64,000 nt of DNA from the human T2T-CHM13v2.0 reference genome, Homo sapiens. Shown here piece by piece: positions 15,397 to 27,842 of the stretch. Position numbers and translations under genes: made by a program. The number at the start of each line of letters is the position of its first letter. The first letter of the stretch is position 1. A model generated the notes under the pieces. The model was not told the DNA's origin, searched no databases, and saw only the letters and a program-made list of their open reading frames with translations. Location: assembly GCF_009914755.1 (NCBI RefSeq), contig NC_060939.1; one strand, 5' to 3'.

Positions 15397-17045
15397 ACCT
15401 ACTTCAACATAATAAAGGCCATATATGATAAGTTCACAGCTAACATCATACTCACTCGTGAAAAACTGCAATCTTTTCCTGTAAAATCAGGAGCAAGAAA
15501 AGGACAAGGATGTTCACTTTTGCTACTTCTGTTCAACATAATACTTGAAGTTCTAGCCAGACAAGAAAAAGAAGTAAAAAGCATACAAAGCAGAAAGGAA
15601 GAAGTGAAATTAAAATCATGTACTGCATAACATTTCTGCCCATGACAGATGACATATACAATAGTGATCCCATAAGATTATAATGGAGCTGAAGAACTTC
15701 TATCACTTACTGACATCTTGATAATCCTGACCCTGTGTAGGTCTAGGTTAATGTGTGTGTTTGTGTATTCGTTTTCAACAAAAAAATTTTAAACATAAAA
15801 AAAAATTTTTTTTAAATACAAGAAAGGTTATAGAATAGGGGTATAAAGAAAAAATGTTTTTGTACAGCAGTAGAATGTATTTGAGTTTCAGCTGTTATTA
15901 CAAAATGAGTCAAAAAGTATTTTTAAAAATTTAAAAGTTTATAAAGTAAAAAAGTGACAGTAAGCTGAGGTTATTTATTTTTGAAGAAAAAAAATTTTCT
16001 ATAAGTTTAGTGTTGTCTAAGTGAACAGTGTTTGTCAGGTCTACAGTAGTGTGCAGTAATGTCCTGGCCTTCACATCCACTTACCTCTCACTCTGACTCA
16101 CCCAGAGCAGCTTTCAGCGCTGCATGCTCTGTTCATGGCAAGTGCCCTATACAGATATATCATTTTTTATCTTTTATGTTGTATTTTTCTATCTTTATAT
16201 ATGTTTAGATATACAAATATTTACCACTGCCTACAGTATTCAGTACAGTAACATGCTGTACAGATTTGTAGCCTAGGTACAATAGGCTATATTATACAGC
16301 CTAGGTGTGTGGTAGGTTATATATACCATCTAGGTTTGTGTAAGCACACTCTATGATGTTTGCACAATGATGAAATCACCTAACAACATATTTCTCAGAA
16401 CGTATTCCTGTCATTAGGCAATACATGACTGTATCTCTGTTTGCAAAGTGACATTATCTTATATATAGAAAACCTGAAAGACTCTACCAAAAAAAAAAAG
16501 CCTGTTAGAACTAATAAACAAATTCTGTAAAGTTGCAGGGTACAAAAGCAACACACAAAAATCAATTACATTTTTATACACTAACAAGGAATATCTGAAC
16601 AGGAAATTAAGAAAACAGTCCTATTTACAATAGCACCCAAAAAAGTAAAATACTTAGGTATGAACTTAACCAAGAAGGTGAAAGACTTGTACACTGAAAA
16701 CTGATGAAGCAAGTTAATGAAGACACAAATAAATAGAAAGACATATGATGTTCAAGGATTGGAAAACTTAATATTGTTAAAATTTTCATACTATCCAAAG
16801 TGATCTCTACATTCAATGCTATCCCTATCAAATCCCAATAACTTTTTTTTACAGAAATAGAAAAAAAAATCCTGAAGTTTGTATGGAACCACAAAAGTCC
16901 CCAAATAACCAAAGTAATCTTGAGAAAAAGAACAAAGCTGAAGGCATCACACCTCCTGATTTCAAAATATATTAACAAGCTACAATAATACGAACAGCAT
17001 GGCACTGGCATAAAAACAGATATATAAACCAATGGAATAGAACAA
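15397..17045 (+). mobile_element. L1M (L1MA/MB) ORF2 fragment split by Tigger3
   Basis: RT-region sequence 'gaagtgaaatta' resumes as 'tatctctgtttgca' after the Tigger. Confidence 0.85.
15613..16431. mobile_element. Tigger3b/MER7-like DNA transposon
   Basis: TIRs '(c)aatcatg...' and '...catgactg', TA target duplication at 15611-12 and 16432-33; internal 'cccataagattataatggagctgaa'. Confidence 0.9.
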
Positions 17046-17099
17046 CACAATAATATAATAATTTGTAGCATAATGTATGAATGAATAGCCTACATTATT

Positions 17100-17510
17100 G
17101 TATGAAAATGATAATATGGTAAAAATGAACACATTAGAATTATATTTAAGAATACATATTAACTATAAAAGCATGATGTGGAAACAAAAAGCAAGTTGCA
17201 GAATATATACAGTATGATAAAGTTTATATGGAATTTAAAATTAAGGAAACAATGTTATATATGGTTTATTTGTACAAGGAGAAACCCAGATGAGAAGGAT
17301 ACATACTAACTTCAGTACAGGAGTTACCTCTGTGGAAGGAGAGAAGCAGGATATGCAATGGAATTACAGCTTCAACTCCATCAGTAATGTTTTATTTCTT
17401 AAAAAATATATGGAAAATTTTTGATGTGTTAAATCTTGATATAGATTTCTGAAAATTCACTATATTATTCTTTGTAACTTTTGAATGCTTGAAATGTTTT
17501 ATAATAAAAA
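17100..17510 (+). mobile_element. L1ME-like 3' UTR fragment
   Basis: 'aaaagcaagttgcagaa', 'gttacctctgtggaagg', 'cttcaactccatcagtaatgttttatttcttaa'. Confidence 0.6.
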
Positions 17511-17770
17511 TATACTTTTGAAGAGTAAGTTTAGATTCACTTGGTTTGTTTATTAAGCCATGAGGTTTGTTTCTTTCAGCCCCTGGTTTTCTACATTTAC
17601 TTTAAAAAATTATATCTTTATTAAAGCAGCAAAACAACAAAAAACCAATATTTAGACAGAAGCTGAACTGTGATACCTAATAAATTAATTTGTACGTGGG
17701 CATTGTTTCATTTTGAATAAATTCTCTGGAGCACCTGAAATATAATTCACCCTCATAAAGTGAAAATTCC

Positions 17771-17944
17771 TTTTTTTTTTTTTTTTTTTTTGAGACAGGG
17801 TCTCACTTTGTCACCCAGGCTGGAGTGCAGCAGCATGATCTCTGCTCACTGCAACCTCTGCCTCCGGGCTCAGGTGATCCTCCCATCTCAGCCTTCCAAG
17901 TAGCTGGGACTACTGGTGCGCACCACCACACCTGGATAATTTTC
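17771..17944 (-). mobile_element. AluJ right arm / FRAM-like monomer
   Basis: T tail then 'gagacagggtctcac...gggctcaggtgatcctcccatctcagcc', ends at the linker. Confidence 0.9.
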
Positions 17945-18244
17945 CCAATTGTTTTTGAGTCAGATAAGACCAGATTTAAATATAACTCCAACATTTGCTA
18001 ACTGAATGAATAGATCACTGAGAAAATAACAAATTGATTTCGGTTTTTCAAAGGTTAACATGATTTATCATAATTTGGGGGTCATCGTGAAGACTAAATA
18101 AAATGTAAGTTAAATGCCTAGTACAGTACTTAGTGGATATTTAGCACCAAAATATAGTGGTAAATATAATAATAGCAAATATTCATTGATAATATAAATT
18201 CATTAATTATTTCCTACATCTTTGTGTGCATTGTTGCATTTAAT

Positions 18245-19664
18245 CTTTTTAAATTTTATTTTTGATATATATTTGTACATATTTATGGGGTACATGTGAA
18301 ATTTTGTTACATACTTAGAATGTGTAATGATCAAGTCAAAATACTTAGGTATCCAATACCTGAGTATTTATCATTTCTATGTGTTGGGTACATTCCAGGT
18401 CTTCTAGCTATTTTGAAAAATATCATATTAATACATAGTTGTTAACTATAGTCACCCTATTATGCTACCAGACATTAGAACGTATTCCTTCTATCTAATT
18501 GTATGTTTGTACTCATTAACCAACCTTTTTATCCCCTGCAGTTGCCACCCATGCACCCTTCCCAGTCACTGGGATCAATTATTTCATTTTATATCTTCAT
18601 GTGATCAAAATTTTTAGCTCCCATATATGAGTGAGAACGTGTGATATTTGTCTTTCTGTGCTTGGCTTATTTCAGTTGACATAATGACCTCTGGTTCCCT
18701 CCATGTTGCTAAAAATGACATGATTTCATTTTTTTATTGCCGCACAGTATTCCATGTGTACATAGGCCACATTGTCTTTATTCATTCATCCATTGATAGA
18801 CACTTGGGTTGATTCCATCTCTTTGCTATTATGAGCAGTGCTGCAATAAATATGCAAATACAGGTATCCCTTTGATATATTGATTTCTTTTCCTTTCTAT
18901 ATTTACCCAGTAGTGGGATTGCTGGATTGGATGGTAATTCTATTTTTAGTTTTGTGAGAAATCTCCATATTGTTTTTCACAGTGGTGGACTAGTTTACAT
19001 TCCACCAACAGTCTATGAGACTTCCTACTTTTCCCATATCCTCACCAATATCTGTTTTTTTTTGTCATTTTAAGGATAACCATTCTAACTGGGGTAAGGC
19101 AGTACCTCCTTGTGGTTTTGATTTGCATTTCCCTGATGAATACTGATGTTGAGCATCTTTTCATATCCCTGTTAGTCTTCTTTTGAGAAATATCTATTCA
19201 TGTCCTCTGCTCATTTTTGGGGGTTAGTTGTTTTTTTTTTACCCCTGAGATGTTTGAGTTTCTTGTATATTATGGATATTATTTCCCTGTAAGATGAGTA
19301 GTTTGCAAATATTTTCTCCCATTAAAGAAGTTGTCTCTTCACTCTGTTGATTGTTTTTGTTTCGTTTTCTGTGCAAAGGCTTCTTAGTTTAATACAGTCA
19401 CATTTGTCTATTTTTGGTTTTGTTCCCTGTGCTTTTGAGGTCTTAGCCATAAAAATATTTGCCTAGATCGATGTCCTAAAGAGTTTTATCTGTGTTTTTC
19501 TTTTAGTAGTTTTATAGTTTTGGGTTTTACATTTAAGCCTTTAATCCATCTTGAATTGATTATTGAGTGTGGTAAGAGATAGAAATCTAGCTTTATTCTT
19601 CTGCATATGATTATCCAGTTTTACCAGCATAATTTATTGAAGAGGTTATCCTTTCCTCAATGTA
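18245..19664 (-). mobile_element. L1MA 3' part (host of the L1PB4 insertion)
   Basis: L1MA 3' end 'tttgtacatatttatggggtacatgtga...aatgtgtaatgatcaagtc'; breaks at 'tcctttcctcaatgta'. Confidence 0.88.
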
Positions 19665-20495
19665 GGTTTTTTATCCTTCAAAAAGGTTTTTATTTTTTAA
19701 AATGAAACAAAATTTAAATATATTTAGGGGGTTAATAAGTGCAGATTTCTTACATGTGTATATTGTGTAGTGGTGAAGTCTGGGCTTCTAGTGTACTCGT
19801 CACCCAAATAGTGAACATTGTACCCAATCGATAATTTTCAACAGTCCAAACCACCCCCGCCCTCCCACCTTTTGTAGTTTCCAATGTCTATTATTCGATT
19901 CTGTATGTCCATCTGTACCCACTGTTTAACTCCAACTTATAAGTGAGAACATGTGGTATTATACTTTCTGTTTCTGAGTGACTTCACTTAGGATAATGGC
20001 TTCTAGTTTCATCCATATTGTTGCAAAAGACATGATTTCATTTTTTTTTTAATGAAAGAAATATTCTATGGAGATATTGTTAATGGTGCTGCAATAAACA
20101 TAAAAGCATAGGTATCTTTTTGATGTAATTGTTTCTTTCCCTTTGGGTATATACCTAGTAGTAGAAGTGCTGGGTTGAATGGTAGTTGTATTTTTAGTTC
20201 TTTGAGAAATCTCCATGCTGTTTCCATAAAGGTTGTACATTCCCACCAACAGCGTATAAGCATTTCCTTTTCTCCACATCCTCACCATCTGTTGTTTTTT
20301 AATGTTTTAACAATAGCCATTCTAGTTGGTGTAAGATGATATCTCATTGTGGTTTTATTTGCATTTCTCTGATAACTTGTGATGTTGAGCATTTTTTCAT
20401 GTTTGTTTGCTTGTACATCTTCTTTTGCAAAATCTAATTTCATGTCCTTTGCCTACTTTTTAATGGGGTTGTTTTTTTCTTGTTGAGTTGTTTGA

Positions 20496-20937
<442 letters not shown>

Positions 20938-21520
20938 TAATTAAGTCCCATTTGTCTATTTTGTTGCTGTTGTGTTTGCTTTTGATGACTTGGTCATAAA
21001 TTCTTTACCTAAGCCAACATACTGAAGAGTTTTCCCTAGGTTTCTTCTAGTATTTCTATAGTTTCAGGTCTTACATTTAGGCAATTAATCCACCGTAAGG
21101 TTTTTTTGTTGTTGTTGTTTTGTTTTTTAATATGGTGAGAGGGTCCAATTTCATTGTTCTGCACAGGCTATAAAAATTTCCCAACACCATTAATTGACTA
21201 TGTTCTTCTTGCCCTGGTGTACAGTTTTTATGACTTTGTCAAAGATCAGTTCGTTGTTCGTATGTGGCTTTATTTATGGGTTCTCTATGCTGATCTATAT
21301 GTCTATTTTTATACCGGTACCATGTTGTTTTGGTTTCTGTAGCCTTGTAGTATAATTTGAAGTCAGGCAATGTGATGCCTCCAACTTTGTTCCTTTTTTG
21401 CTTAGAATTGATTTTGGCTCTTTGGGCTCTATTTTCATTCCATATGATTTTTAGGATTGTTTTTCTAATTCTGTGAAAAAATATATTGGTAATTTGATGG
21501 GAATTATATTGAATCTGTAG

Positions 21521-21916
<396 letters not shown>

Positions 21917-22901
21917 GTCGGTGTTTTTTAGTTCTCCATATAGAGGTCTTTCACCTCCTTGGTTAAATATATTCCTAGGCATTTTTCTTTCTGTAGCTGT
22001 TGTAAATGAGATTGCCTTCTTGATTTTGTCTTTAGCTAGATCATTATTGGTGTATGGAAACACCACAGATTTCTATATGTTAATTTTGTATCCTGAAACT
22101 TTACTGAATTCATTTGGGAATTTTTTTTGGTGGAGTCTTTAGGGTTTTCTAGATATAAAATCATATCAGCAAACAGAGATAATTTGACTTTGTCCTTTCC
22201 AAATTGGATACATTTTATTTTTTTTTTCTCTTGCCTGATTGCTCTGGTGAGGACTTCCAGTTCTATGTTAAATAAGAGTGGTGGAAATGGGCATTCTTTC
22301 TTATACCAGATCTTAGAGGGAATACTTTCAACTTTTCCCTGTTAGGTATGATGTTGTCTGTGAGTTTGTCATATGTGGCCTTTATTATGTTGAGATTTGT
22401 TCCATTGATGCCTAGTTCTTTTGAGGATTTTTATCATGAAGCGATGCTGAATTTCATTCAGTGATTTTTCTGCATCTATTGAGATGTTCATAAGGTTTTT
22501 GTCTTTAATTCTGCTTGTATAATGCATCACATTTATTGATTTGCGTGTGTTGAACCATCCACGCATCCCTGGGATAAATTCAACCTGATCATGGTATATT
22601 ATATTTTAAATGTGCTGTTGGATTTGATTTGCTAGTATTTTGTTAAGGATTTTTGCGTCTATGTTCATCATATATATTAATCTGTAGTTTTCTTTTTTTG
22701 TTGTACCTTTGTCCGATTTTGGTATCAGAATGATAATGGCCTTGTAAAATGAGTTAGGGATAACTCCCTTCCACTTGATTTTTTTGGGCTAGTTTCAAGG
22801 GGATAAGTATTAGTTCTTGTTTGTGTGTTTGATAGAATTCAGCTGTGAATGCATCGGGTCTCAGGCTTTTACTTATTGGAAGATTTTTTAATTTGTGATT
22901 G

Positions 22902-23464
22902 TGAGAAGTGAAGCCAGCTGGACTTCCTCCGTGGAGTGGGGACTTGGAGAACTTTTCTGTCTTACAAGGGGTTTGTAAAATGCACCAATCAGCACTCTGT
23001 AGCTAGCAAGAAGTTTGTAAAATGCACCAATCAGCGCTCTGTAAAAACGCACCAATCAGTGCTCTGTAGCTAGCAAGAGGTTTGTAAAATGCACCAATCA
23101 GCACTCTGTAAAATGCACCAATCAGTACTCTGTAAAATGGACCAATCAGCACGCTGTAAAATGCACCAATCAGCAGGAGTCTAAAAGAAGCCAATCGCGG
23201 GGAGGATTGAGAAAAGGGCATTCTGATAGGACAGAAACAGGACATGGGAGGGGACAAATAAGGGAATGGAGCTGGCCATCCCAGCCAGCCAGCGGCAAAC
23301 CACTCAGGTCCGGTTCCATGCTGTGGAAGCTTTGTTCTTTCGCTCTTCACAATAAACCTTGCTACTGCTCTTGGGTCTGTGAGCTGTAACACCGTGAAGG
23401 TCTGCCTCCATTCTTGAAGTCAGCCAGATCATGAACCCACTGGAAGGAACCAACTCCAGACACA
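22902..23464 (+). mobile_element. LTR12F-like (ERV9) solo LTR
   Basis: Starts 'tgagaagtgaagccagctggacttcct', tandem 'gcaccaatcagcactctgt' units, poly(A) signal aataaa 23351-56, ends 'aactccagacaca'; 4-bp TSD att(g/c). Confidence 0.93.
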
Positions 23465-24288
23465 ATTCCATCTTGCTACTGATTTTAGTTTGTTCAGGGG
23501 CTGTGTTTTTTCCTCATTCAATCTCAGTAGGTTGTGTGTTTCCATGAGTTTATCTGCTTCCTCTGGGTTTTCTAGTTTGTGAGCCTATAATTGTACATAA
23601 TAATCTCTGATTATTTTTGTATTTTTATAGTATCGGTTGGGATGTCTCCTTTTTCATATGTGATTTTGTTTGTTTGGATCATCTCTATTCTTGGTTAATC
23701 TAGCTAGTGGTTTCTCAATATTGCTTATCTTTTCAAAGAACCAACTTTTTGTTTTGTTCATCCTTTGTATTTTTGAGGGGGTCTCTTTTATTTAGTTACA
23801 CTCTCATCATTGTTATTTCTTTTCTTTTGCTAACTTTGGGTTTGGTGTGTTCTTTTTAATCTATTTCTTGAGGTGTAATGTTGGGCTGTTAATTTGTAAT
23901 CTTTCTAATTTTTTGATGTAGGCATCTAATGCTATAAATTTCTCTCTTTGCACTCCCTTGGCTATATCCTACAGGGTTAGGTATGTTGTATTTTCATTTT
24001 TATTCATCTCAAAAAAATCTTTAAATTTTCACATTAATTTCTTCATTGACCCAGTCATTGTTCAGGAGCATGCTGTTTAATTTCCAGATATTTGTATAGT
24101 TTCTGAAGTTCTTCTTGGCATTGATTACTAGCTTTATTCCACTGTGGTCTGAGAAGTTACTTGATATTATTTCAGTTTTTAAACATTTGTTAAGACCTGC
24201 ATTGTGGCCTATAAGATGCAGTCTATCTTAGAGAATGTTCAATGTGCTAGTGAAAAGAATATTCTGTAGCTGTTGGGAAGAATGTTCT

Positions 24289-24669
24289 CTAAATGTCTAT
24301 TAGGTTCATTTGGTCTAAAGTCCAATTTTCAAAATTAGTTTTCTGTCTTGATGATGTGTCTAGTGCTGTGAATAGGGTGTTTAAGTCACTCACTATCATT
24401 GTATTGCTGTTTATCTCATTACTTAGGTCTAATAATATTTGCTTTGTGAATTTGGGTGCTTCAATGTTGGGTGCATATATATTTAGGATTGTTATTTGCT
24501 CTTGCTGAATTGATTCCTTTATCATTATATAATGACCTTTTTGTCTGTTTAAAAAAACTGTTTTTGATTTAAAGTCTCTTTTATCTAGTAAGTATAGTGA
24601 CTCCTGCTCAGTTTTGGTTTTCATTTGCATAGAATATCTTTCTCCACCTCTGAGTTTTTTTTTTTCCAT
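24289..24669 (-). pseudogene. L1 ORF2 endonuclease-domain remnant
   Basis: Peptide GHYIMIKESIQQEQITILNIYAPNIEAPKF...NTMIVSDLNT matches L1 APE endonuclease motifs; frameshifted. Confidence 0.9.
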
Positions 24670-25744
24670 CTATGTGCCTTTAAAGGTAAGGTGAGTTTCT
24701 TGTATGTAGCATATAGCTGGATCGTTCAAAAAATTCATTTAGCCAATCTGTATTTTTTTAGTGGAGCATTTAATTCATTTACATTAAAGGTTAATATTAA
24801 TATGTGAAGCTTTGTTCCTGTCACATTGTTGTTTTCAACTTGGTTTTAAAAATTCTTTGTTTCGTTTTCTTTTTTTGTCTTTGTGGTTTGATGAAACTCT
24901 GTTCTGTTGCCATTTGATTCCTTTCTTTTCCTCCTTGTTTTATAAGAACTATGAGTTTTATATTTTCGTGTGTTTTCATGATGGTGAATATCAACCTTTC
25001 ATTTCCATGTTTATGACCCCTTTGAGCATTTCCTTTAGGGCCAGGCTAGTGATGAGAAATTCCCTCAGTGTTTGCTTGTCAGGAAACAACTGTATTTCTC
25101 CTTTATTTATGAAGCTTATTTTGGGAGGATATAAAATCCTTGGCTGGCAGTCCTTTTCTTTCAGTGCTTTGAAAATACTATTGTATTCTCTCCTTACCTG
25201 TGAGGTTCTGCTGAAAAGTCCACTGTTAGCCTGATGGGGTGGGGTTTTTTTTTTTTTTTTTTTTGAATAGGTGACTAGACATTTTTCTCTTGCTAATTTT
25301 AAAATTACTTATTTTAATTCAACTTTAGACATTCTGAATATAACATGCAGTGGTGAAGTCCTTTTTGTAATATATTTTTCTGGGGATTACTGGGCTTCTT
25401 ATATGTGGATGTGTGACTATCGATAGACGTGGGATGCTTGCATTGATTATTTCTTTAAATAGGTTTTCTAAGCTCTTTCATCTCTCTTCCTCCTTGGGAT
25501 ACCTATAATTCATAAGTTCAACCACTTTATGTAGTTACAGATGTCTCAAAGTCTTTGTTCATTCTTTTTAATTCTTGTTTATTATTTTTTTCTGACTGGA
25601 TTATTTCAAAAGACCTGTTGTTGAGTTCTGATTTTTTTCTTTTTTTTTGCTTGGTTGGTTTAGTCTGTTATTGAAAGTTCAAAATCTATTTGGTGTTTTC
25701 TTCAATGAATTTTTTAGTTCCAGAATTTCTGCTTTTTTTAAAAA

Positions 25745-25880
25745 ATAGAAGATATATATAAATTATATATATTTATATATAATACATAGTATAGTATATA
25801 TTTATATAACATAAATATATTTAAAGATATATATCTTTAATTGTATATACTATATATTTTTTAATATATAAGAAGATATC
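25745..25880. repeat. AT-rich low-complexity expansion
   Basis: TA-rich run including perfect 20-bp palindrome ttaaagatatatatctttaa (25821-25840). Confidence 0.9.
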
Positions 25881-26173
25881 TATCATCTTGGTAAATTTCT
25901 CATTTATATCTTGAATTAATTTTCTAATTTTTTTGTGTTAGTTTTTAGATTTCTCTTACATCTCATTGAGCTTCTTTAAAATCCGTATTTGAATTATTTA
26001 TCTGGTATTTCACATAATTTTTTTTGATTAAGGTCTGTTGCTGAACAATTGCTGTGGTCCTTTGGTGGTGTCGTATTTCCCTGGCTTTTCATGTTTCCTT
26101 TGTTCTTCCATTGATACCTGCACATTTTATGTAGCAGTCACTTGTTCCAATTTTTTGAAATTGTTTAAAAAAT

Positions 26174-26509
26174 ATTTTTTTAGACAGGGTCTCATTCTGT
26201 CACCCAGGCTGGAGTGCAGTGGTACAATCATGGCTCATTGCAGCCTTGACCTCCTGAGCCCAGTTGATATTCCTACCTCAGCCTTCTGAGTAGCTGAGAC
26301 TACAGATGTGTGCCACCATGCCCAGCTATTTTTTAATTTTTCTTTTCTTTTTTTTTTTTTTTTTAGTGACAATGTCTCCCTATGTTGCCCAGGATGATCT
26401 GGAATTCCTAGGCTCAAGCAGTCCTCCCATCTCAACATTCCAAAGTGCTGGGGTTACAGGTATGAGCCACCTGTAATTGCTTCTGTACAGGTTGTTTTTC
26501 AGCCTAGCC
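26174..26509 (-). mobile_element. AluJ
   Basis: AluJ diagnostics 'gacagggtctc', 'gcagccttgacctcctgagc', 'ggctcaagcagtcctccc'; TSD tgaaattg(t/c)tt at 26156-26166 / 26510-26520. Confidence 0.93.
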
Positions 26510-27842
26510 TGAAATTGCTTTTGTACAGGATAAGTTTTTCCTGAAGATGTATGTATGTTGATTAAGATACTTTGACTTTGATTTTGGATTTCTGCAAATC
26601 CAAAATAATTTTTTTTTGTTTTTTTGTGTGTGATCTTTGTATGACTTCTTTGGCAGTGCACAGGGTCAGTGGTATCTGTGATTTCCTCAGTGGCTTAGGG
26701 TATGGTTATTAGTTGAAGTTGTGGTGAAGTTTTGCTGGGAACATGGACACCAACTGAGCCAATCTTTGGGTCTCAGTGATGGCAGTAGTGGAGTGAATGT
26801 GCCTATTTGTAGGCCCCAGAACAGTCTTACACTGGCTCCAGTGTTAGTGGGTCCTGGGAGAGCTGATTATTGGGCCTCCAGGGATTTGGCTTGCTTAGAA
26901 GGTGAGTGTGGTGTGAGGGTGCATTCTCAGGCCTTTGGGCAGCTAGTGTTGCTTGATGATGGCAGTAGTGGTGGTGGAGCAATCCACTGGGACCCAAGCA
27001 GTCCACGTCAGTATTGCTGTGAAGAGTTGGGTGTGCTGGTCCTCAGTCCCAGAGCTACCCATAGCAGGGCAGTGGGTATTGTCCTAAGTGTGCTGTTCCT
27101 CCCTAGGTGGACTGGCAGCTGCAGCTGTGTCACCTGAAACTTGGCCAGAACACAGGGCATAGCCCAGCATTAAATGTTCAAAACGGTGCCATCTGTGGGC
27201 TTGTCACCAGAGAGGGCAGGGCCATTCTCAAGTGAGCAGCATAGACAAGAAGATGTGAAGAATGTGGTTTGCTCTAGCCTCAATCTCACAGCAGTTCATA
27301 GCAGAGCAGTAGGGATCCTCCCAGAGGTGCATGGGAACACCTGGTCTCCCTTCTTCCACCTTGGAGTAGTGCAGTGGCAGTAGCCATGTTTCTAGGTCCC
27401 TGGTATCTAGGCTTTCAAAATGGCACCCAGCTGAGGCTTCTCTAGGCTCAGATGCCAGTGGATTCTGTGTAGATTCCCTTCCTGGAGCAGCATCTCTGTG
27501 CAATCCTTAGGCAGCTTCATATGTCAGGCCTGAGGTCCTAGTAGTCAAAGGTTTCTCCCATATCCCAAATCATAAAAGTCTGTTTCAGAGTGGAACTTTG
27601 GGGCTTTCTCTCCATTTCCCTGCATCAGGAGGCTCTCCTGGCCCTCAGTCAGTTCCTGGCCAGGCAAGCTGCCTGAAATCCCTCAAATCCTCTCCTTACT
27701 TCTGGTGCTTCTCGTTTCTTCTCTTGTGAATCCTAGCGTTCTCTTCTAGATAATCTGTTCAAAATATTAAGTATCTACTTACTATTCTGGTTCCTCTTCA
27801 TGGAGGAGGCACCTACTACCTGCATGTATCTGCCATCTTGAT

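Noticed and set aside
22975-23195. Regularly repeated 'gcaccaatcag' units resembling a CRISPR-like array
   Set aside because: No unique spacers; these are the standard U3 tandem repeats of LTR12 in eukaryotic DNA
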